Below, in pieces: positions 25,240 through 40,902 of a stretch of 64,000 nucleotides of DNA. Made by a program: the position numbers and the translations under genes. A model generated the notes under the pieces. That model saw nothing but the letters and a program-made list of their open reading frames with translations. It did no database searches and was not told where the DNA came from. The stretch is from Calcarisporiella thermophila CBS 279.70 (lineage: Eukaryota > Fungi > Calcarisporiellomycota): NCBI RefSeq assembly GCF_041956535.1, contig NW_027192222.1:84426-148425 (forward strand), in the 5' to 3' direction. Positions within the stretch are counted from its first letter, which is position 1. Every line of letters begins with the position of its first letter.

Positions 25240-26361
25240 TTATTTTAATAAATTTGGGTTTTCGTTCCAAAATGAGTCCCCTATGATATCGCAGTGAAGC
25301 ACGGTCAGGACTTTTTTGCGCCGGATGGCAGGCTCGCCCGTTTTCGAATTCACCACTGGAATATCGGTCTGCAAATAGAGAGATTAGCCACGGTGCAGGG
25401 TAACGAGGTGGAAGATGAGGCGAGGTGTCTTGGGATATACTTGCTTCTTTACGGACTAGTACCGACCCTTTCCGATACATCGGATCAATATTGTTATAGT
25501 TGATGTTAAAGGTTGAGAAGAGGAGCTCGTTCTTCTGCGAGGATATCGTCCCCTTTCAATAGTGCATAGAGATTAGTGGGGAGGCTTCCTCCTCTTTTTG
25601 GCAGACTCAGATAAGACGTACCCTTAATGTCTGCTCTGCTTCAGATTCCGTCTTTCCTGAGTGCACCAATGCCCAAAAGCATGTGTTATATAGGTTGTTT
25701 ATATGACCTAAAGCAGAAGAGAGATATCTTGCTTAGACGAGCACCACATCTGGGGAGGAAAGAGCCCACACTACTTACAGTCTGCCTGCCGCCAGCTCAA
25801 ATAGTCTCGGAGGATTGAATCACTAGGATAACATATTACTCTAGAATCAAAACAGGGCGGATATTGAAGGGTTTCGTCGGGGAAAAAGTTCTTCCACCAG
25901 AATACGTAGTTCGATGCAAACTGAGAGACGATGGTAGATGAAATTTTGCTAGATCGGCGATCATATAACTGCGATGTTTTTCGGAGGACAAAACTAAATT
26001 TCACATTCATCCACCCAGTTTATCTTAGCTTTTAGAAGTAGAATTTAACGCTCTCAAGAAAGTCACCTGTATTCATCACTCTCTCCATACGCCAGTATGA
26101 TATCTTTGACATCCTCCATCACTGCTTCAGCACAGCGATTCATTAAATCGAGAGCGCGCCTGTCATTTGGCTTTTGAAAGCAATGGTCGGCCGAGAATCT
26201 ACATTGAGTTGCAGGGTTGATCATCCTCACCAAGAATTCATAGGATAAAGAAATTACTTGTGAAAGCCTCGGCCATCAATCCGCACCACCAGCCACGTAT
26301 TGGGAAGGAGGCGGTCTTCTAGCTCAAAGTCTTTGACATATTCATATTTTGACTTCGCCAT
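25240..26361 (-). CDS. THG1: tRNA(His) guanylyltransferase, 5 exons
   Basis: [13 protein letters not shown]...[30 protein letters not shown]...[10 protein letters not shown], ending [19 protein letters not shown]. Confidence 0.95.
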
Positions 26362-27179
26362 AACTTCGACGCACCGCGATAATAGTAGAAAGCAACCAGT
26401 GTGACTTCATTTTCGAATGAATTGACAACTTGCATAAATATTTTCCAGGTTAAATCGTGTCAAATCCGGTTGATATTCCACTTTTCTTCGTATAAAATCC
26501 CATTAATCTAACAAAGCCAAGAGTCTTTTGTTGTGTATCTTATACCAAATATAGTCCTTCAAAGTAGCTAGCTAGTAAGAATATTGTGTTTGAAAATTTG
26601 AATATTTGCTATGCTTTATCCACAAATCGCTTTTTTATAGCTGGGTTTACAATATCTAAGTCAGTCTACTCACACTGAATCGGAATGAAGTTGTAATTCA
26701 ACATTAAAAAACCTGATTAAGGTTGAACCAGCTTTATCTACACTAAACTTCACTTTACTAACTGCGTAGTTAGTCTCTTCCTCCCACTCCAATATCATAT
26801 CAATGGTTATACTTTTTCTCATTATTACTTAAGCCAGAGACACTATTCCATTCTGAAAATATAATAGAATGGAGGCTTGGCAATGCTAATTTATAATAAT
26901 CTTTTTTTCATTTCGATATCGATTGTTCCATCCTATCCGAAGATTCAAAGTTGTAATTATACCAGGTATGTCTAGATTTTCCTCCTTCAAACGAGTCGGT
27001 GGTTGTAATGATAATACCTTGTTTTCTAACTTTTAAACCAGCTTCTTACTATATTATACAGAAAGGTTCACTTTTGGTTGCACGGCACTTACATTTAGTT
27101 ACTTGCTTCATGTGTATATATAGTCGCCGTGGCCAACTCTGAGAACATCCCTTTAACTCATCGCTATTTTCCTCTCTTT

Positions 27180-30031
27180 TATGGACTCTAATACATTGTC
27201 ACAAATAAATATTTGGAGGCATAATAGCGGAAATTGCCCTTTTGTCGACATTGGAACTGAACGATATAAATTATGGGAAAAAAGCATTGACTCTGTTGTA
27301 CGTCAAATAGAAGAGAATACTGAGATATAGTTGATTCTCTAGATCATAATGCGAATGGATTTCGTGTTTCGGTTTTCACTGGTCAATGACTATATATACA
27401 CTATATATATATTGGGTTCTTAACTGAATTGCGCTTAGAATGCGGTATCCAATGTTTTTTTGCCTCAAATATGCCAAAAGCACATCTGCGGTGGACTATC
27501 CCGAAGTCTTCAAAAAACTGGATGAAGTGGTCCGGGAAGAAGGCAAGAAAATTAAAATCATCGCATTGTGTGGGGAAGGTGGAGCCGGGAAATCACATGC
27601 GGCCGTAGAGTTTTGCTACCGTGTAAAAGAGGATTATAAATTTATATTTTGGATGGATGCGTCTACGGAAACAGTCTTGCAGAATAGTTTCAAAAAAGCA
27701 GCAAAGTCACTAGGTCTTTTACCCTCTTCCACAGATTCCACGACTACCGTGCTCCGAATGAAATTATGATTGCAGAAAAATGCAGGATGGTTGCTTATTT
27801 TCGACAATGCTGATGATTTTTCCCTAGGTAAAGGGGTCAAAAACTATCTTCAGGACAACTATTTTCCGAAAGAAGGGCATGGTATCATACTGATAACCAC
27901 CCGGCAAGGCAAGCTAGGAGTGAACGTAATATCCATTGATTTAGATGATTTGGAAAATCAAATGGATGATACTGCTGCACTAGAATTGCTACTCAGGAAG
28001 GAAGCGAGTGCTGCCGACTATCCTGCAGCAATAAGTCTCGTAAGAGATCTGGAACATCTACCGCTTGCACTCGACATAACCGGGCGATATATACTGTAAT
28101 ATGGAATATCCCTTGAAGTATTCCTAAATCTCCGTAAGAAAGGTGTGGAAGACCTGTGCAGACTCAGTCACCTATTCCCCAACGAGCTTCGGGAGCTAAT
28201 TAAAACTTCATCTGGGAAAACGTTCTTATTCCTATGGAGGGACATGCTAAATCGTTTTAGATACGAATGTAATTTCAGCGATGCGATGGCTGTGAATTTC
28301 ATTCAAACCATCGCATTACTCCATCCCGAAACCCTACCACTAGACTTTTTATATGATCAGATTAAGACAATTTTTGGGAACACTAGTGGTGATTGCTTTT
28401 ATGTTGACAACTATACACTTAAGAAATACTTAGACACGACTATCGAAAAATTCCAAAGCCTCTCGTTTATTACATTATCAAAGTCGGGTAGTACCACCAG
28501 TGATTGTTCGAAAGAGGCATTGCGCATTCAACGACTAGTCCAACAGGTAGTTATATTAAGTATGGGCCCATAGGAGAAACTCCAGCGGTGTGAAAAGCTC
28601 ATCAACGCTTTGAATAAACAAATTCAGATAGATCATGGCCCAGATAAGGTTGATCCAAGAGATTTTGAAATTTACATTCCTCACGTTCAGAATTTGGCCC
28701 TACAATTCGAGAGATGCATGCAAGATGAGAAGCTCAAAGAAGCCAATGGATATGGCGGTTCGTTCGAGCTTGGATTATTGCTTTCGCCCACCGTGAAAGC
28801 CCTTACTAGAAAAAGGCAATTCAAGGAAGCTGAGGAACTCGCTAAGTTTGCTCTATTGAATTCAAAAATGGTATATGGTGTAGGGCATATAGCTACAGCA
28901 AAGGCAGAGAGCGATCTCTTTTATCTATTTTCAATGAAGAGGGATTTTGTTGCGGCATGTCCCCATGGAGAAGTAGCACTTGTGACTCGTAAGGTGTTTC
29001 TGAGCCACAATGACAGACGAACTCGCTCTTCTCTTCACTATCTTGCGTTTGTCTACACCCAAATTGGCAAGCTCGAAAAAGAGGTGGAAATTTACAAAGA
29101 GTTTGCTAGAGCATGCGAATACACTGCCATGGAAGCGTTGAGCTTCACCTACGATCATTTTCTATCCCATAAAGAGGTGGACAGTTGGTTGCACAGATGG
29201 AGGGGTCAACAAAAGAAAGGAATCATTTTCGAGTATGGCAGGATGGATCGAACCCCTCTACATCAAGCCATCCAAGATAATGACTTCGATATAATAAATA
29301 GCCTCACCGACTATTTTAAAGAATTTGCAAACGCACCTGATAAAGATGGTTTAACACCAATCCATTATGCATCGATTGGAGGGAAGATTGAGATAGTTAA
29401 CCTTGTTTTAAAATTAGGAGGGAGCGCAGAAGCCGTTGATAAATTTATGGGGACGCCTATGCATTCAGCTGCGATGAAGGGTCATGATGAGATGGTGGAG
29501 TTCTGGGCGAGAAACAAAGCCAATGTGAATGCTAGGAACAAGGACGGATATACCCCTTTGCATTGTGCTACAAAAAGTGAACATATCCAGGATGCAAAGA
29601 AGCTAATAGAGAACAATGCCGATGTGAATGCCAAGAACGATAGTGGATGGACCCCGTTGCACTTTTCAACCGAATCTTGTTCTGAAGAGTTGATGAGGCT
29701 GTTTTTAGAGAATGGTGCAGAAGTGGATGCGAAACACTTTGAAGACAAGACGGCGCTGCACTATGCAGCGTCAAAACCAAATGCTCCAATAGTGAAGCTG
29801 TTAGTGGAGAATGGTGCTGATGTGAATATACAAGACTACAAGGGACGGACGCCGTTGCATTTTGCCACATCGAAAGGAAACAGCGAGGTGGTTCAGTTGC
29901 TCTTGGAAAATGGAGCAAATCTATATGTTGAGGATGATGTTGGATATCGACCGATAGAAATCGCTAAGGTGCGTGGAATTTACAAGATAAATCAAAAGTA
30001 CGTCTATGAATCGACTGATGCCTTTCATTAA
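27180..30031 (+). pseudogene. NLR-like NB-ARC-TPR-ankyrin gene, copy 1, with nonsense codons
   Basis: Walker A GEGGAGKS, WLLIFDNAD, ITTR, HLPLAL, TPR-like helices and ~6 ankyrin repeats. In-frame stops at 27767 (TGA vs TGG in copy 2), 28097 (TAA vs GAA) and 28571 (TAG vs GAG). 5' end uncertain. Confidence 0.85.
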
Positions 30032-30819
30032 ACCAAATTCTCCCGGCTACGTGGAAAACTAAGTCCTCCTACACCCTTTGTTAATAACTCAAGACCCTTT
30101 GGTAAAGTTATTTTTGGAAATGACACCTGAATGTTCACAAAAAAAACCCAATTAATTAAATGCGTTCGTAACGATTTTTACGATGTCCAATTCAGGGTAA
30201 CTTTTCAATAAATACTCCAATATCCGCGATGATATTGACAAGCCAGCTAAGAACAAATTATCATCTTTATTTTATATGGGTGATATGTATAGAATATGCC
30301 GTGTCGATTTGATTAGTGTCATTCAATTTGAAATTAACTAACACTATTTGATTATAGCAAATAAATGAGCAAGCTTTTGCTCATTCTAAAGGCTGCATAT
30401 GCCAAGATTGGCCGTTTTCCATCTTGATCCATGACCTAGTTGATGTCAATGCTAACCTTTAATCCATCATTTTTCATTAATAAAACAAGCAGTTGAGGGC
30501 AGGTATTCTTGGAATAGAGAGAAAGATGTTCGTGTCAAGCCACAAGGCGGGAATTGTAAATTTTTCGAATTCCGTCCATGCTTGGTAGTTTTCATATGAA
30601 AAAGATCGCCTCTAAGGTTTTCTATTTAATCTCAGAACCCGATGGTCTCCTAATAGTTTACAAGAGAGAGGTAATGTTCCGGAGCATTTGTAATCCGTAA
30701 GACGAACTTAAAATCTTGGGATTGAGAAGATCGGGAAACTATACTGCCAGTGTCATAAGCAATTCGAACAGATTCTCCGAATCATTTAAGACTGGGTGAA
30801 GCGTGGCTTCAAGTCAACT

Positions 30820-31050
30820 GAAGGTAATTTTACTAGATCAGCGGTCATATAGCTGCGAGGTTGTTAGGAGGACAAAACTTTATTTCCAATTCATCAACCT
30901 AGCATACTTTAGCTATTAGAAGAATCCAGCATTCTAAGGAAAGTCCCCTATTTTCATCCCTCTCTCCATACGGCAGTATAATATCTTTTACATCCTCCAT
31001 CACTACCTCGGCGCGGCGATTCATTAAATCGAAAGCACGCCTTACATTTG
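30820..31050 (-). pseudogene. Degenerate internal fragment of THG1 (exon-intron-exon)
   Basis: Aligns by eye with ~25940-26170 (e.g. CTCTCTCCATACG-CAGTAT-ATATCTTT-ACATCCTCCATCACT...CGATTCATTAAATCGA), including the intron. Confidence 0.85.
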
Positions 31051-31599
31051 CTATGTTCTATCCACAATGTGGTCACTTTTATATTGCTTAGTTTGCAGTA
31101 TCTGAGTCGGCTTACCCACATTGGAGCAGAATGAAGCTGTAATTCAACATTATAAAGTATCAATGATTGAACAAGCTTCTTCTAGACTAAACTCTACATT
31201 TATAACCGCGTATTTAGTCTCTTCATCTCCATTCCAATATCATATTGATGACTTTTCTTTCTTTTTATAATTTTCCTTAAGCCAGAGAGACATTACACCG
31301 TTCTGGAAATATGATGAATTATAGAATTGGCTTATAATTTCTGGTATTTTGGTTCCAGCATTGAATTCTTCGTCATAGACCAGGACTAATTCATATTACG
31401 CCTGATGACTCTAAATTTATGCTTTTAGTCGGATTACTCGCACATGCCTTGTTTTTCCAACTTTCACACCACCTTCTTGCTATGTTATGCAAGATGGCTC
31501 TCCTATGGCCGTGTAGTACCTCCATTTTGTCAACTAACTTATCGTGTATATGTAGCTTACATGGTCAACTATGTAAACACTCTGTTGAACCTCCCATTT

Positions 31600-34478
31600 C
31601 CTTATGAACTTCAACACTTTGTCACAAATTAATATTACGAGGCATCCCATTTCTGAAAAATGTCCATACGTGGATATTGGAACTGAGCGGTATAAACTAT
31701 GGAAGGATATAGTTGACTCTGTAGTACGTCCAGTAGAGCAGAATAAGAAGGTATGGTCGACCCTTTAGTTCGTAATAGGATCAAGGGTTTCCGCCTCCAT
31801 ATTTCATAGTAATATTTTTTTTTTCATACCTCCCTGACTCAATGCATTGCGCTTAGGATGTGGTAGCCAATGTTTTTTGCGTCGAATATATCCGACACGA
31901 ATCATTAGTGGATTACCCAGAAGCCCTCAAAAAGTTGGATGAAGTCGTCTGGGTAGAAGCCAAGAAAATTAAAATCGTTGCACTGTGCGGTGAAGAAGGA
32001 GCTGGGAAATTGCAGGTGGCCCTAGAATTCTGCCACCGTGTAAAAGACGATTTTAAATATATATTTTGGATGGAAGCATCCACGGAAACGGTCTTGCTGA
32101 ATAGTTTCAGAAACGCCGCAAAGTCGATTGGACTTTTGCACCCTTCCTCGGATCTCAAGACTGTAGTGCTTCGGGTGAGACTATGGATGCAGAAAAATGC
32201 AGGATGGTTGCTTATATTCAACGATACTGACGACTTTACCCTTGGTAAAAGCTCCAATACTTACCTGCAAGACAACTACTTCCCCAAAGAAGGGCAAGGA
32301 GTCATACTGTTAACCACACGACAGGGCAATCTAGGAGAGAACATCATATCCATTGGGTTAGATGATTTGGGAAATCAGATGAATGATGCTGCTGCACTAG
32401 AATTACTACTCAGGAAGAAAGTGGGCGTCTCCGACAATCCTGAAGCACTATGCCTCGTAAGAGAGCTAGAGCATCTTCCCCTGGCACTCGACATTGTCGG
32501 GGGATATATGAAGGAATATGAAATTCCTCTTGAAGAATTCCTTACACTTCGTAGGGAAGGTGTGGAAGGCCTGTGCAAATTTAACCATTTGTTCTCCAAC
32601 GAGCTCCACGAGATAACCAAAACCTCATTTGGGAAATTGATCTTATTTATATGGAGGGACATGCTGAATCGCCTTCGAAACGAATGTAGCTTCAGCAGTC
32701 TGATTACAGTGAAAACCATTCAATTTATCGCATTACTCTATCCGGAAAGAATACTATTGAGCTTATTCAAAAGCCAGGCCAGAACTCTTTTTGGAGAAGC
32801 TTGTAAACAATACTCAAGGATAGACAAATTTACAATTGATAGTTACTTAGAAGTTGCTATCGACAAACTCCAAAGACTCTCCTTTATTCGACCATTAATA
32901 TTGGATTATATCCCGGAATTTTATTCGGGAAGAGCACTATGCATTCAACGACTAGTTCAAAAAGCGGTTCTTTTTAGTATGAGCTTAGAGGAGAAACTTC
33001 AACGATGTGAAAAGCTAGTCACTGCTTTGAAAGAAGAAGCTCGTATATGTGCTGATTCAGCTGAGGGAAATAATCGCGAGCTTATTGAATTGTATATTCC
33101 ACATATTCAGCATTTGGCACAGCAATTCGATAAATGTATGCAAGTAGAGAAGCACAGAGAAGGCAAGAGACAAAGCTGCTCGGTCGAGATATCTTCATTG
33201 CTTTCGCCCGCAGTGATCTCCCTTTCGAGAAGAAGACAATTCGAGGAAGCTGAGGAACTCGCTAAACTTGCTCTATTGAGTTCAAGCATCGCCAACGGTG
33301 CTGAGCATCGGGTTACGGCGAAGGCTGAGAACGATCTCTTATTGATGTTTTCAATGAAAAGGGATTTCGATACTGCAAGATCCCATGGAGAAGAAGCATT
33401 TAAGATTCGTAAATCACTTCTTGGCCTTAATGACAAACAAACTCTTTTTTCCATTCACTATCTGGCACTAATTTACACCCAGCTTGGCGAGATCAATGAA
33501 GCAGCGAGAATTTACAGGGAGGCTGCTAAAGCACTCGATTTCACAGCTATAGAAGCGCTGGGTTTTACTTTCGATCATCTTCTATCTCATAAAGAGGTGG
33601 ACGGTTGGTTGCAACGATGGCGGAGAGAAAAGTCGAAAAACGGGGCTAAGATCAAATATGACAAGTTGAACCTATCACCTCTTCACCAAGCCATTCAGGA
33701 TAACGACTTCCATATTATAAAGAGTTTCGCAGACTATTTTAAACCCTTCGCAAATGCATGCGATAATGATGGCCTTACGCCAATTCATTACGCATCAATT
33801 GCGGGGCAGGTTAGGATTGCTAGATTCATTATAGATTTAGGTGGGAATGCAGAAGTATTTGACAAATTTATGGGGACACCTCTGCATTTGGCAGCGATGC
33901 AAGGCCATGATGAGATTGTGGAGTTTTGGGTGAGGAACAAAGCCGATGTGAATGCTAGGAACAAGGACGGATATACTCCATTGCATTGCGCTGCAAAATG
34001 TGGCCATATCCAGGCTGCAAAGAGGCTGGTGGGGAATAATGCAGATGTGAATGCAAGAAATGATGGTGGATGGACCCCGTAACACTTTGCTGCAACGTCT
34101 GAGTCTGATGAATTGGTGAAATTACTTGTAGAAAATGGTGCAGAAGTGGATGCAAAGCACTTTGAAGACAAAACACCGCTACACTATGCAGCGTCATTAA
34201 AAAATATTCAATCGGCGAAAGTGTTAGTGGAAAATGGTGCTGATATAAATACGCAAGACGAAAGCGGATGGACGCCATTGCATTATGCTGCAGCGAATGG
34301 AATTGCCGAAATGGTTTATCTGCTTTTGAGGAAAGGAGCAAATTTGAATATTGAGGATGATGTAGGGTATAGGCCGCAGGAAATCGCGGAGACGCGAGGA
34401 AAATGGATGGTAGGAATAATGTGCAAATATTACTTAAACTATGGTGAACTCGTTGAACCACCTTACCCCAGCAGCTGA
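31600..34478 (+). pseudogene. NLR-like NB-ARC-TPR-ankyrin gene, copy 2 (one internal stop, degenerate NTPase motifs)
   Basis: Paralogue of copy 1. 740-aa ORF, TAA at 34080-34082 (TTG in copy 1), then 121 more ANK codons. Walker A GEEGAGKL, Walker B WLLIFND. Confidence 0.8.
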
Positions 34479-36897
34479 GAAGATTAAGCTGTCCTACTTA
34501 CCTCTTTTATAATCGAGCGCCCTTTACAAAATTTTTCCGGAATGAAAACGAGATATTCGCATGTGTCCAAGTAATGTAAAACGTTCGAAACGATTTTTAC
34601 GATTTCTAATTCATAGTAGCTTTTCTACAAGTACTATTAAATGCGCGATGTTATCGACGAGCCATCTAAAAACAATAGTAAACCTTACTTTCTGTGTAGG
34701 AATATATATAGAAATTGCCTTATTGATTCGATGGCGATATAATATTATTTGAAATTCACTACAATTTTTCAAGGCAAATACATGGTCTAGATTTTGTTCA
34801 CCTCAAAGGTTGCATTTACCTAGAGTAGCATTCCGACGTGTTTTTCCATGAACGATTTGATGTCAATACTAGCATCATCATAAAATCCACCTAATTATAT
34901 TTAATATAGTAATATAAACTAATATATATTTTTATTTTTCTTGGAATAGAATGAAATATGTTTGTGTCAAGGCAGTAATTGTAAATCTTTTGAATTCCAT
35001 TTAGGCTTGGCTATTTTTTTATGAAAGAGATCTTGCTCTAAGGTTTCTTATTTAATCTCGGAACTCGATGGTCTCTTGAGAGTTTACAAGAGGAAGCCAT
35101 TCATTTGGAGCATTTTTAATATGAAAGAACTTAAAATCTCGGCATCGGAATGACCGGAAACAATACTACCAGTGTTATAAGCAATTTGGAAATGGGTTCT
35201 CCAAGCCAACTGAATTTGGTTGCAAATGCTGTTTGTGACGTCATTCTCAAGCAATTTTCATTTTCACCTACATCACGAAATTCTCTACTACATCAATACT
35301 GTACGGGGGATCAGAGGGCTTCTCGACTGGATTATTTTGATAATTTTTCGCTATAACCACTATAATCCTAATAAAGCCAGATCTCATTCTGATAAAAATA
35401 ATTCACTCAATTTCGACACGCAATAAAGCTATACTGTCAGCTTAGATATATGTACTTGCGCCTTATCTGCTCTAAATCAATACATTTCAATGAAAAAGGA
35501 CAAGGAAGCGATATTGCATAATACGTAGTAGGATATAGCAGGAGGTCGCAAATAGACGCCAGCTGCAAACGGAAATTGACTTCATATCCATATTTGGCAT
35601 CCCAAAGAATTTGCCGTAGAAATCACAGATTCAAAGTAACGCTAAATTATTTTCTGGAGTTTGCCCAGGTCTCAAAAAAATTATTCAGGTGATTTTTGAT
35701 CGGTAGGTTTCGACAGCCAACACCACGAAGATCCGTTCGGGAAATATCCGATTAGAGCAGAGCGCTATACGCCTTGTAAACCTCAGAGGCGATGATGGTA
35801 AAGCATCGTATTTTGAAGCCTGACAAAGATATTGGTATGGAATTCAAAGCACTAGGCCAAAGAGACTTAGCAGCAATATGGTTCTTGTGGTTTTCTTTCT
35901 TCCTCAGAAGCCAAGTTACCCGTCAACTTGAAAAAGGATATCGAAACGAACAGGGGTGAATAAAATTGGAAAGGGAAAAATTCGATTCACGGGAAAAAAA
36001 ATGTACATACAAATTAGGCCTATAAGACTGCTCGTTCTAGCGCCAGTTTCTATACTGGCGTCGGGCGAGGCTACGGAATAAGTCGCCTGGATAACTTGCA
36101 ATGCTGTGCCAAGTCTATACCCTGACAGTATATAAACAGTGAAACCACTTTTTCGGGCAAAGGAGCAACACTTGAAATTTGGCTCGAAAAGGTTCTTTCA
36201 TCCGGTGAATCCAGGTCTGAGCTTGGCCTATTTTTTGTGCGACGCGAAAATGACGCGTAAGCAACTAAACATAAGTGAGCAGTTATCTAAATGCAGTGCA
36301 TCATCGCGGAAAAAAACTAGTGAGGACGTGAGGAGGAAGGATTGTATAGAGGTCGGGTTTTCGCTTAAAGGACGAGTTCGTCCTCTTCATTGTGGTTGAG
36401 AGTTGTGCTATCAACTTAATTGCCTTATTTTTCATATCGAACCCTCCTGTGAAGGCACACCTTCAGCGAAATCAGATTACCGATCCACTTCCGACAGAGA
36501 AAAATGCGCCGTCTTTTTAAAGTCCCCTGGTAGAATATTTACACTCGAGCTGAATCTCGGATCTGCTCGCACAGATTCTCTTGCGCCCTGCTCAGACACG
36601 GTCCGATAACCTATCCTATGTCTCTACTCTACATGTCTAGTCGATGAATACGCAGTTTGTTAGATAAACTTATCAATATTTAAATGAGCTCGTCCCGTAT
36701 TTTTTTCTTTAGAAATTACAATCTTTTTGCCAATATCGCAATTTTTGTGTCGGAACTCTCCATCACACTAAGGTAAAGAGTGTTAAGATAATTTCTGGAT
36801 AGAGCTACTGAGTGCCCTAACCTACATATCCGCACACATGCGCTGTATCTAGTCCAGAATTTAATTGCAGTCAGCTTTTCGATTTACACCGGTGATC

Positions 36898-37137
36898 ATG
36901 AAAATTTCACGCTATATTTTGGCTCTGGGATGTACTCTATCCCTTGCTAGTGGTATCATGGCACAGTGGACCTCTACCTGCAGAACAATCACAACCAACA
37001 CATATATTAGTACCTGCCCTACTCCATCCACTCTAATTGCGACCATTTGCACGCGCACGTCCACCATTATACAAACCTGGACAAATGGTGCACAAGTGAT
37101 CTACACTCCGGGAGGATGCACGCCAACCCTTAAGTGA
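36898..37137 (+). CDS. Small secreted Thr/Cys-rich protein (79 aa), orphan
   Basis: MKISRYILALGCTLSLASGIMA signal-peptide pattern; mature ~57 aa with 4 Cys and many Thr; single exon. Confidence 0.6.
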   Translation: MKISRYILALGCTLSLASGIMAQWTSTCRTITTNTYISTCPTPSTLIATICTRTSTIIQTWTNGAQVIYTPGGCTPTLK

Positions 37138-37939
37138 TATATTTAGACATGTCTGTATTGCTTGCGATGTACTGTATCCCTTGAAATAATGGGAAGCTTT
37201 AGCCCCTCTGCTTTTATAAAGTCCAGTTTTTTTATTTCTGTGTAAACAATTAATATCGAGGTTTGATCCTCTCTCGATATAGCCATCATCTGCTATGACT
37301 ATTCTTTCCAAACCTTGGGTTATCTACAAAAGCTTCTCCGTGGACTAATGTTTAAATGCACTTAAAAATCAAAATTGAACACTACGGCAGTTAATGTAGT
37401 TTTTGAAACTTTACTATGTACCTCAAAACGAACGAATGGTAGATGTTAAGGGTATTTTCTAGCTTGCAATTAACTTCGGCTTATATTGCCCCTTGGAAAT
37501 TGGCTTACTTTTTAGCAAACTTACATTGTTAAAATTCCCATGCTGTCCATTGAGGGTCATCGAAATTTGGTTGTTCAGTTGTTGCTAGACTCCAAGTATA
37601 CAGCGAAATCAAAAGGGAGTGAATAACGGGGGACGGAGGGTCGCTTGTTCCAGGAGCTTGGCTATCTAGTCACGCGACCACTGGTGCGGTTACTTCGCTG
37701 AATCTTATAATGAGATTTATATCGAACCTCTATGTCCGCATTCAATTCCGTCTTATTAACGAATATGGTCGTTTTCCCCAGTTGAACTTGTGATTCGTAA
37801 CTTTTAATTGAAGCCTATGTGACTGTGAATCGCTTCCACTTAGGCATGAATGGGAATTAAATTGCCAAGACTCCTATTTTGCGTTTCTTTTTCTTATATC
37901 CCTTCAACCACTGGTGAGTCTACATTTTGGATATTCGTC

Positions 37940-40482
<2,543 letters not shown>

Positions 40483-40902
40483 CGGTTGTTGAACATGGAG
40501 TGGCCTAATTGAGTAGCTTCTTTGCTGTGTTGTTTACACAGGTCTATTTCATTTGGTCGGGGATCCTAGCACACAATTTGTTTTTATTGTTCGATTGAAT
40601 ACCGGCGCACATAGGAATTACAGGCATGCAGCCCACGAACCGCGAAAGCCATGCACGTGTGCACTGGTGTCTAGCGTGTTTTTGGTCGGTTTTGGGCCGC
40701 CGTGGGTGGATGCATCTTTATTTTTCGTGGCACCCGTTGATTTCAGGATTATTTAGGAAAACCTTGTTACTGTAAATTACAAGACCCGAAAACTAGGGGA
40801 AACAACAAAATAACCCATTTCAAGCCACAAAAGTTAATATCGGACCGTATTCTTTGGTATTAAAATATTGAGTTTATTCGTTGGGAAGTCGATAAGAACA
40901 CA

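Larger units (their letters stand above)
25930..35200. repeat. Tandem segmental duplication (unit 1 ~25930-30780; unit 2 ~30800-35200)
   Basis: Colinear similarity across the THG1 fragment, NLR upstream region, NLR CDS and 3' flanks (e.g. 30630-30780 vs 35050-35200). Confidence 0.85.

Noticed and set aside
27767-34082. NLR in-frame stops as A-to-I editing, readthrough or an alternative genetic code
   Set aside because: The stops are of all three types and correspond to different residues (W, E, E, L) in the paralogue, and neighbouring genes use the standard code. Ordinary nonsense mutations are the simpler explanation.
35200-36800. Scattered 60-90 aa ORFs between the NLR block and the secreted peptide
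   Set aside because: No coherent exon chain or recognisable domain.
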